From Candidatus Woesearchaeota archaeon (GTDB lineage: Archaea; Nanobdellota; Nanobdellia; Woesearchaeales; ARS49), in assembly GCA_038891615.1 (NCBI GenBank), contig JAWADY010000002.1:64994-128993 (forward strand): a stretch of DNA of 64,000 bases, read 5' to 3'. The position numbers and the translations under genes were made by a program. Shown piece by piece: positions 53,452-60,112 of the stretch. How positions within the stretch are numbered: position 1 is the stretch's first letter; every line of letters starts with the position of its first letter. A model generated the notes under the pieces. It did not search any database, was not told where the DNA came from, and saw nothing but the letters and a program-made list of their open reading frames with translations.

Positions 53452-54003
53452 ATGGCCGCGACTGTTCTTGGAAATGTCATTGAGTTTTTTAATAGAATAG
53501 GAATTTACGATGTCGTGCTACCCTTTCTTCTCGTTTTCACAATTGTTTTTGCAATCTTTGAGAGAACAAAGGTTCTTGGAACAGAAAAGATTGATGGGGA
53601 AGTTGTTACAAAAAAGAACCTTAATGCAATGGCTGCCTTTGTAATTGCATTTTTTGTAGTAGCTTCAGGCCAGGTTGTGGAGACAATCACAAAGGTTTCT
53701 GCAAACATGGTTGTTCTTCTCTTTCTTGTGATATTCTTCCTAATGCTTGTTGGCACACTTTACAAAGAAGGAGAATTTGTTGAAAAGGGACTTGAAGGCT
53801 GGCCAAGAAATGTCTTTATTATAGTTCTTACCCTTGGAATCATTCTTGTTTTCCTAGACGGAATAAAAGCAGCTGACGGTCGGAGTTGGTTACAGGTTGC
53901 AACAGATTACCTTCAGCTGAACTGGTCCTCACCTGCTGTTGCCTCAGTAGTGCTCATCCTTCTCGTCATATTCATAATAAACTGGCTAACAAAGGGTAAG
54001 TAG
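53452..54003 (+). CDS. polytopic membrane protein, paralog M1 of an unrecognised family
   Basis: It has 4-5 TMs. The N-terminal motif is IGIYDVVLPFLLVFTIVFAIFERTKVLG. The start is set to the ATG after the SD site. Confidence 0.7.
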   Translation: MAATVLGNVIEFFNRIGIYDVVLPFLLVFTIVFAIFERTKVLGTEKIDGEVVTKKNLNAMAAFVIAFFVVASGQVVETITKVSANMVVLLFLVIFFLMLVGTLYKEGEFVEKGLEGWPRNVFIIVLTLGIILVFLDGIKAADGRSWLQVATDYLQLNWSSPAVASVVLILLVIFIINWLTKGK

Positions 54004-54579
54004 GTGATGCAAATGATTTTTCGGCTTCAATTTGGGCCTTATGGCATAGGTTTTAGGGACCTTTTTTATAGACTGCAGGTTTTGGGCGTGTTTGATGTTC
54101 TGATACCTTTTGTTCTAATCTTCACCATTCTTTATGCAGTCCTTCAGAAAGTAGGAGTGTTCAAAGAGAAGAAGTTCAATATTCTCATCTCGCTTGCAAT
54201 AGCTCTTCTCGTAGTTGTCCCTCATGTTGTTGGAGGCTATCCTGCTGGCTTTGATGTAGTTGAAATCATAAACCGCTCGCTCCCGCAAATAGCCTTCCTC
54301 CTCATAGCTTTTGTTCTTTTTCTCATAATGGTTGGGCTTGTCTGGAAGCCACAGAAGGGAACGGAACTTGTGTTTCAAGGGGCTCTTGTTCCAATCATTG
54401 TTGCGCTTATTCTCTTTTTCATCTTTAGCAGTGCGATTTATCAGCAAGCCATTCCGAACTGGCTTTGGTGGATTCTTGATCCAACCTTGCAGATGTTCGT
54501 TGTGATTTTGCTGATATTCGGGCTTGTTGTGTGGTTTGTGACAAGCGGAGCAAAGGAAGAAAAAGAGGGAAAAGATTAA
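54004..54579 (+). CDS. polytopic membrane protein, paralog M2
   Basis: The motif is LGVFDVLIPFVLIFTILYAVLQKVGVF. Candidate starts are GTG 54004, ATG 54007 and ATG 54013. Confidence 0.7.
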   Translation: MMQMIFRLQFGPYGIGFRDLFYRLQVLGVFDVLIPFVLIFTILYAVLQKVGVFKEKKFNILISLAIALLVVVPHVVGGYPAGFDVVEIINRSLPQIAFLLIAFVLFLIMVGLVWKPQKGTELVFQGALVPIIVALILFFIFSSAIYQQAIPNWLWWILDPTLQMFVVILLIFGLVVWFVTSGAKEEKEGKD

Positions 54580-54594
54580 AAGAGCTAGTGAAAT

Positions 54595-55158
54595 ATGGCA
54601 ACCCTGCTTGACCTAGGCCTTGTGAGAACTTTTGACGCCCTGTTTCCTTTCCTTTTTGTCTTTGTTGTTGTTTATGGCGTCCTAAGCTACACAAAACTTC
54701 TTGGCGAGAACAAAAGTGTACATGCAATAATTGCATTTATACTTGCCATAGCCGCCCTATTCTCCCGCATTGCTCTAAAGACAATAACCCTCATGGCCCC
54801 ATGGTTCGTTATTCTTTTTGTTTTCGCGATATTTGCAATAATGACTTATCAGCTCTTTGGTGTTAAAGAGGAAGAGATATCTGGACTTTGGAAAAAGTGG
54901 ACAGCTGGTGGTAGCACCATCTTCTATTGGTTATTGGCACTCATACTTATGATAGGACTTGGCTCGTTGTTCACTGTCCTGCGCGAAGAAAGGGCACCAC
55001 CTTTTTTCATCCAAAATGCCACTGTTACTCCAGGCATTCCAGAAGCCCGGATTAGCTTTTGGTCAACAGTATTCCATCCAAAAGTTCTTGGAGCCGCACT
55101 TCTTTTCTTGATAGCATTGTTCGCCATAAAGAGCCTCACAGAGCTTCCAAAGAAATAA
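54595..55158 (+). CDS. polytopic membrane protein, paralog M3
   Basis: The motif is VRTFDALFPFLFVFVVVYGVLSYTKLLG. Confidence 0.7.
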   Translation: MATLLDLGLVRTFDALFPFLFVFVVVYGVLSYTKLLGENKSVHAIIAFILAIAALFSRIALKTITLMAPWFVILFVFAIFAIMTYQLFGVKEEEISGLWKKWTAGGSTIFYWLLALILMIGLGSLFTVLREERAPPFFIQNATVTPGIPEARISFWSTVFHPKVLGAALLFLIALFAIKSLTELPKK

Positions 55159-55167
55159 CCTTAAATT

Positions 55168-55779
55168 GTGAAAATGGTAGAAATAATAGATCGGTATTCT
55201 CGTTTTGGCAAAAATCTCTTAAAAATCACAAGTTTTGTATTGGGCTACAAGGATGTTTTTTCTTTAGAAAAACTAATCACTCTTATTCACGAGTGGCTCG
55301 TTGAGGAAGGCTATGCAACACGGGATGATGAGAAGTTTGGTGAGGTGTTTTATTTGCAAAAGGACAACCCTGTTGCAGGCAATGAGTACTGGATTCGTTG
55401 GAGGCTTGAGAAAACCCCCTTTCAAACAAAGCTTTGGAAATATCTTCTTGATATCGATATACACGTTCTTGGATTAAAAAAAGTTGAGCTTGTTGCCGGA
55501 GGGAAAAAGCTTGAAGCAGATAAGGGAAAGGTTGAGATTGCTGCAGACTTTGGCTTACTTCTTGACCCACAAAATTTGCTTGAGGCTCCGGTTATTAAAC
55601 CATTTAAAATGCTTGTGCTAAAGGGCTTTCTTAAGGCGCAGTTTTCAAAGCACAAAGAAGCAGTCTTCACTGATGCTCAAAGGCTTCAAGATATGTTAAA
55701 ATCCTATCTCCGTCTTGAGACCTACTTGACTGAAAAAGGGCTTCCGGAATTCCTTGGCAAAAGGCCGGAGGCAAGATAA
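55168..55779 (+). CDS. soluble hypothetical protein, paralog S1 of an unrecognised family
   Basis: Shared pattern: ...LITLIHEWLVEEGY...YWIRWRLEK...LDIDIHVLGLKKVELV...GKVEIAADFGLLLD... Confidence 0.65.
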   Translation: MKMVEIIDRYSRFGKNLLKITSFVLGYKDVFSLEKLITLIHEWLVEEGYATRDDEKFGEVFYLQKDNPVAGNEYWIRWRLEKTPFQTKLWKYLLDIDIHVLGLKKVELVAGGKKLEADKGKVEIAADFGLLLDPQNLLEAPVIKPFKMLVLKGFLKAQFSKHKEAVFTDAQRLQDMLKSYLRLETYLTEKGLPEFLGKRPEAR

Positions 55780-56280
55780 ATGGTAGTGAAGATAGACATA
55801 CCAGTTTCAATTATACGCTATGCTGGGCTTTTTCAAAAGGAAAAACTGCTTAGAACAGTTCGTGGCTGGCTTCTTTCAGAGCGCTATCTCTTTAGTGAGC
55901 CAAAGCATAAGTACAGCAGCTCTCCAACTGGTGCAACATTAGAGGTGCGGTTTGAAGGCGATAGAAAGGTAACAAGCTATGTGCGCTTCAAAATTGTTGT
56001 AGATATTCTGATTAATGAAATGAAGGATGTACAAGTTGTCAAGGATGGCATTCAAACAGTCCTTCAAGAAGGAAAAATACTTATCGAAACAAAGGGCACT
56101 TTGGAATTGGATTGGCAAAATCGTTTTGGAGGTTCAAAATTTCTTCAGGGCTTACACGACTTTTATCTAAAGTACATAATAAAGAAAAAAATTGATGAAG
56201 TATGGTGGGGAGCTCTTTATTCCAAAATATTTAAATTGAACTCAGTCATTAGAGAAGCAATAGGCTTTGAAACAGTCTGA
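55780..56280 (+). CDS. soluble hypothetical protein, paralog S2
   Basis: Shared pattern: ...LLRTVRGWLLSERY...EPKHKY...LEVRFEGDRKVTSYVRFKIVVDILINEMKDVQVV...GKILIETKGTLELDWQNRF... The start abuts the S1 stop. Confidence 0.65.
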   Translation: MVVKIDIPVSIIRYAGLFQKEKLLRTVRGWLLSERYLFSEPKHKYSSSPTGATLEVRFEGDRKVTSYVRFKIVVDILINEMKDVQVVKDGIQTVLQEGKILIETKGTLELDWQNRFGGSKFLQGLHDFYLKYIIKKKIDEVWWGALYSKIFKLNSVIREAIGFETV

Positions 56281-56290
56281 GGTCGCTCTG

Positions 56291-56806
56291 ATGCCAGAAC
56301 GCGAGACAATTGTTGACAAAGAACGGTTAGAGTATGAAGGACCATTTGAGCTTTCTGCTTTTTATCAGCTTCTCCAGAGCACAATTGCTGAGCTTGGTTA
56401 TGGCGTAAGGGAAAGAAAGCATTCCGAAGCGGTTTCGAAGGAAGGAAAGCTAATCTATCTTGAGCTAGAGTGTAGAAAGGTGCTATCAGAGGACTATGCT
56501 AGAGCTCTTATTCTGCTAAATGTTCAGCTTATAAATGTCAAAGACATCGTTGTTGAGGGCAAAAAATATCAGACAGGAAAGATTAGCATTGTTCTTGATG
56601 GCATCCTTGAAACAGACTATGAAGGAAGATGGGAGGAAAAGCCGCTTCTTCTCTTTCTCAGGACTCTTTATGACAAATTTATTTTTAAAACAATAACTGG
56701 TGGATACGATAGAATAATCCGAGAAGATGCAAATAGGCTGAAAGACATTGTCAGTGCATTCTTTAACATTTCTGCCTTTAGGGTGCCTCAACGTGCCTCT
56801 GCCTAA
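56291..56806 (+). CDS. soluble hypothetical protein, paralog S3
   Basis: Shared pattern: ...LLQSTIAELGY...ERKHSE...LELECRKVLSEDYARALILLNVQLINVKDIVV...GKISIVLDGILETDYEGRW... The ATG at 56291 is preceded by GAGGT; the track start at 56267 is a TTG. Confidence 0.65.
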   Translation: MPERETIVDKERLEYEGPFELSAFYQLLQSTIAELGYGVRERKHSEAVSKEGKLIYLELECRKVLSEDYARALILLNVQLINVKDIVVEGKKYQTGKISIVLDGILETDYEGRWEEKPLLLFLRTLYDKFIFKTITGGYDRIIREDANRLKDIVSAFFNISAFRVPQRASA

Positions 56807-56875
56807 ACTCTTGGAAATGTTTTTAAACAGTTGTTTTAGAAAGCTATTCTGAGATAGAGCTGCCTAAAAGCTGAC

Positions 56876-56959
56876 GCCTCCGTAGCTCAGTAGTGGAGCG
56901 ACTGCCTTGTATCTGTGCAAGAAAGCAGTAGGTCAGGGGTGCGAATCCCCTCGGAGGCT
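56876..56959 (+). tRNA. tRNA-Thr (UGU) with a 12-nt intron at the canonical 37/38 position
   Basis: The acceptor is GCCTCCG/CGGAGGC and the anticodon stem is ACTGC/GCAGT. The loop reads C-U-UGU-A, followed by the intron TCTGTGCAAGAA (56912-56923). CTTG of the loop pairs with CAAG of the intron and leaves a 3-nt AAA bulge (relaxed bulge-helix-bulge). The T-loop reads TGCGAAT. Confidence 0.8.
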
Positions 56960-57058
56960 TCATTCTTATTTAACCAGCCGCAGGAAAACTTCATATTCTC
57001 TTTAAGCTTTGCTAAGCTTTCAAAATGTTTATATAACAAAAGAGGTGCTCAATATTTT

Positions 57059-57712
57059 ATGGAAACAAGCAAATGCGGCAGGTTTATTGTTCTTGATGGC
57101 ATTGATGGTTCTGGAAAGAGCATGCAAGCAAAGGCACTCGCTTGTTACCTTTTTGACAAATCAAAAGAGTACAATGTCCTTCTCACGCGCGAGCCTTTTA
57201 ATTCAGACTATTGTGCTGAAATTCGTAGGCTACTCAAGGAAGGAAAAACTCCTTATGAAAACGCCGAGAAGCTCACAGAACTTTTTGTTGCTGACAGAAA
57301 ACTTCATGCTGGCCTGATAGCAAAGTGCCTTTCTGCAGGCGTTCATGTTGTGTCGGACAGGTATAAGTATTCAACCTTTGCGTACCAACAAGCGCAAGGC
57401 TTAAACCTAGACCGCCTGATTGAAATGCACGCTTCTTTGCTTGTTCCTGACATTGCAATAATTATTGATATTCCTGCCAAAGTTGCACTCGAGCGCATCA
57501 AGGACAGCCCTAAAAGGTCATATTACGAGGTTTTTGAAGCTCTTTCCTTTCAAGAGGTCCTACGGCAGAACTTTCTATCACTTCGCAAGAGCTTACCAAA
57601 TGAGCGGATTGTGATTATTGATGGAAACAAGCCTGCAGTTGAGGTCTTTGAATCGATAAGGAAGGAAGTGGACAAGCTGTATGGCTCTTGTGGTCAAAAG
57701 AAACTTTTATAA
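57059..57712 (+). CDS. tmk: thymidylate kinase
   Basis: Motifs are the P-loop FIVLDGIDGSGKS, LLTREP and DRY. The track start at 56915 lies inside the tRNA, so the start is moved to the ATG at 57059 after AGAGGTG. Confidence 0.9.
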   Translation: METSKCGRFIVLDGIDGSGKSMQAKALACYLFDKSKEYNVLLTREPFNSDYCAEIRRLLKEGKTPYENAEKLTELFVADRKLHAGLIAKCLSAGVHVVSDRYKYSTFAYQQAQGLNLDRLIEMHASLLVPDIAIIIDIPAKVALERIKDSPKRSYYEVFEALSFQEVLRQNFLSLRKSLPNERIVIIDGNKPAVEVFESIRKEVDKLYGSCGQKKLL

Positions 57713-57809
57713 AAAAGCTATTGCTTCGTTGCTTAAAAGAGGAAAATACTTTTGTTTGTCAAAAAGAACTACTGATGCGAACAGTGTCTGATTGGTTGAG
57801 GTGATTGTG

Positions 57810-58286
57810 ATGGAAATAAAAGAAGCCTATGAACGCTTGCGAAAACGTTATCCTGAACTCCCTCCATTCCAACAGCTTGATTTTGAATTTGAGCTTTCAA
57901 CGATTGAAAAGGAGAGATTTGAAGAGCCTTTCATTCTTAGGCTTATCTGCAGTAGGATAAGCGAAAAAGTAAGCCCGCTGAAGGATTTTTTTGATCAGCT
58001 CCTTCAGCCAGAAGCTACATCCTTTAGCAGCATCTACGAATCACGCTGTTTCACAGAAGCTGAGAAACATGAAATTCTCGATGTCTACAAAAAATATATG
58101 CTTTTTGTCAGAGCACTTGATGAAGCCCTTCTTATGCTCGATGATAAAAAATATGTGGAAGTCGTTAAACTCTCCTTGTCAGAGTGGCCTGATGTGAGAA
58201 AAGCAGTCCTACCTTTTCTGAAGAAGCTTCGTGAATGCTGGAAGACGCCGTTTGAAAAGAAAAGAATTCTTGAATATCTTGGTTAA
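57810..58286 (+). CDS. hypothetical protein, 158 aa
   Basis: The ATG at 57810 is preceded by GAGGTGA. The protein is helical and acidic. No family recognised. Confidence 0.55.
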   Translation: MEIKEAYERLRKRYPELPPFQQLDFEFELSTIEKERFEEPFILRLICSRISEKVSPLKDFFDQLLQPEATSFSSIYESRCFTEAEKHEILDVYKKYMLFVRALDEALLMLDDKKYVEVVKLSLSEWPDVRKAVLPFLKKLRECWKTPFEKKRILEYLG

Positions 58287-58294
58287 ACTTGCGC

Positions 58295-58930
58295 ATGAAA
58301 ATAATCTTGTTCGGTCCACAAGGCTCTGGAAAAGGAACGCAGGGCAGACTCCTTAGTCAAGCTTTTGGTATTCCACATATTGATGTTGGAGAGCTTTTGC
58401 GCAAGGAACTTGAAAAGGGAACAGAGCTTGGCATGCGGGCAAAGAAAGTTCTTGAGCATGGAGGCTTTGTAGAGGATGGTGAGATTTTCAAACTTGTGAA
58501 GTCAAAGCTGTTAAGCAGCGAGTCCGAAAAAGGGTGGATTCTTGATGGTTTTCCAAGGACGCTAGAACAGGCAGACTTTCTTGAACAGGTTGCAAAACCT
58601 GATATTGCTATACTTTTGAAGATTCCTGACCGTATTGCAATCAAAAGACTTTCCAGCAGAAGACAATGCCCAAAGTGCGGAAGGGTATACGGCTTAGATA
58701 TTCCCCCAAAAAAGCGAGGGAGGTGTGATGAGTGCGGGGAAAGACTTCTTAGGCGCAAGGATGACAGTCCTGCAGCAATAAGAAAGCGGCTTAGACTTTA
58801 TCACAAAGTTACAGAACCAATACTTAGGCGTTACAAGAAGCAAAGGCTTGTTTACGAAGTTGATGCCTCAGGGGCTATTGAAGAAGTTTTTAAGGAGCTT
58901 TGTTCTGTTGTTAGAGAGTTCTCTGAGTAA
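58295..58930 (+). CDS. adk: adenylate kinase (long, bacterial-type, with a Zn-binding lid)
   Basis: The P-loop is GPQGSGKGT. The lid is CPKCGRVY...CDECG. Confidence 0.92.
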   Translation: MKIILFGPQGSGKGTQGRLLSQAFGIPHIDVGELLRKELEKGTELGMRAKKVLEHGGFVEDGEIFKLVKSKLLSSESEKGWILDGFPRTLEQADFLEQVAKPDIAILLKIPDRIAIKRLSSRRQCPKCGRVYGLDIPPKKRGRCDECGERLLRRKDDSPAAIRKRLRLYHKVTEPILRRYKKQRLVYEVDASGAIEEVFKELCSVVREFSE

Positions 58931-59895
58931 CGATAAAATTTATTATTAAAGAGTTGCCTAATAAACTCTGTTGCGTAGCTTCCTTTTGGAAGGTCAAAAT
59001 TTAGCTGTAACTTCTTTTTGCCAGGATTAAGCTCGTCTGGTTTTGGCCCTTGAACCACAAGCCCCTGCGCTTCTATCCAAACTTTCCGTGTGCTTCCTTC
59101 ACAGCTTAGCTCTGGGAATTGCTTGATTATAAAATCCTTTGTTGTCAGACTCTCCCTTTTCAAAATGTTCTTTACAAGTGGCTCTTCTGAAGTATCAAAG
59201 CCAATTATTGGAAGTACGGCTTCAGGTTCAATGTCTTGTGCCTGCCTTAAATATTCTTTTGCCATCTCATTCCACAGCCAGCTTTGGTAGCTTGCCACAA
59301 AAAACTTTAACAGCTTTAGATGCACTTGCTTGAGAGCACCAATTGGATCAGAAGGAACTTCTTTTAACCGCTGCTTAACAGCAGGGTATTTTTTAGCAGC
59401 AAGTTCAGCAGCCTTTGCCCATTCTTGATGTAGAATTGCCCTACCTATTTCGAGTCCGTCGCCCCTAAACCTTTGCTCCCCGAAAAAGTTCACAAAGTAC
59501 TTTTTTATCTCCGGCATAGAATCAATGCCGCGCACAACAATTTCAAACCGATTTCCAACATTGCTTCCAAGCGAGATTGGTTTTTTTCCCCGACCAAGAA
59601 AGGTTAGCTCGATGCCCTGGCCTAATAATCTGGCTCCAACTTTTTCCAATCTTTCTTTTCCTATTCCTTTAACAGAACAAATCTGCTCTGTGATTGCTCT
59701 TTTATCTTTATTTCCAGCCCATCCAAACATGCGAAGCCGAAGCCCTAGCTTTTCAGCAATCACCTGCAACGCCTTGAGGGTTGTCCAATTCCTCTTTTTC
59801 AACACAAAGTATGCAAATTTACCATCCTTTTTTGGCTTAAGGTTCATAAGTTCTTTTACTACAAAGTCCTCTGGAATTTGCTTTAATTTGAACAT
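58852..59895 (-). CDS. truD: tRNA pseudouridine(13) synthase TruD
   Basis: The sequence IPEDFVVKE...GWAGNKDKRAITEQ includes the catalytic Asp region. The 3' end overlaps adk by 79 nt. Confidence 0.88.
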   Translation of the reverse strand: MFKLKQIPEDFVVKELMNLKPKKDGKFAYFVLKKRNWTTLKALQVIAEKLGLRLRMFGWAGNKDKRAITEQICSVKGIGKERLEKVGARLLGQGIELTFLGRGKKPISLGSNVGNRFEIVVRGIDSMPEIKKYFVNFFGEQRFRGDGLEIGRAILHQEWAKAAELAAKKYPAVKQRLKEVPSDPIGALKQVHLKLLKFFVASYQSWLWNEMAKEYLRQAQDIEPEAVLPIIGFDTSEEPLVKNILKRESLTTKDFIIKQFPELSCEGSTRKVWIEAQGLVVQGPKPDELNPGKKKLQLNFDLPKGSYATEFIRQLFNNKFYRYSENSLTTEQSSLKTSSIAPEASTS

Positions 59896-59927
59896 GATGC
59901 TCCCTCTCGAATGTAATTAAAGGCAAA

Positions 59928-60032
59928 CGCGCCCGGGAGGATTTGAACCCCCGATCTCCAGGTTAGGAACCTGTCGCTCTATTTGTCCGAGCAGAAAAGT
60001 GCTTTCTGCCCACCAGACTGAGCTACGGGCGC
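59928..60032 (-). tRNA. tRNA-Arg (CCU) with a 31-nt non-canonical intron in the D-loop
   Basis: Read from the reverse complement. The acceptor is GCGCCCG/CGGGCGC. The D arm is GCTC-AGTCTGGT[31-nt insert]A-GAGC. The anticodon arm is (A)CAGG-TTCCTAA-CCTG(G), and the T arm is GGGGG-TTCAAAT-CCTCC. The insert (plus-strand 59981-60011) contains a 7-bp hairpin, GCAGAAA/TTTCTGC. Confidence 0.75.
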
Positions 60033-60112
60033 ATTGAAAGGAAAGCTCTTTTAGTGTTTTTAAATATTCTCACCAGCTGTCAGTGCCTTCTTAGCCCTTG
60101 CCAAATAGCTGC

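Noticed and set aside
53452-55158. The three membrane paralogs as the missing prepilin peptidase
   Set aside because: Neither of the two catalytic Asp motifs of A24 peptidases (an N-terminal D in a TM-proximal loop and GxGD) is present.
56915-57058. N-terminal 48-aa extension of the tmk ORF in the supplied track
   Set aside because: The extension would begin inside tRNA-Thr. The P-loop begins right after the internal Met at 57059, which has AGAGGTG upstream.
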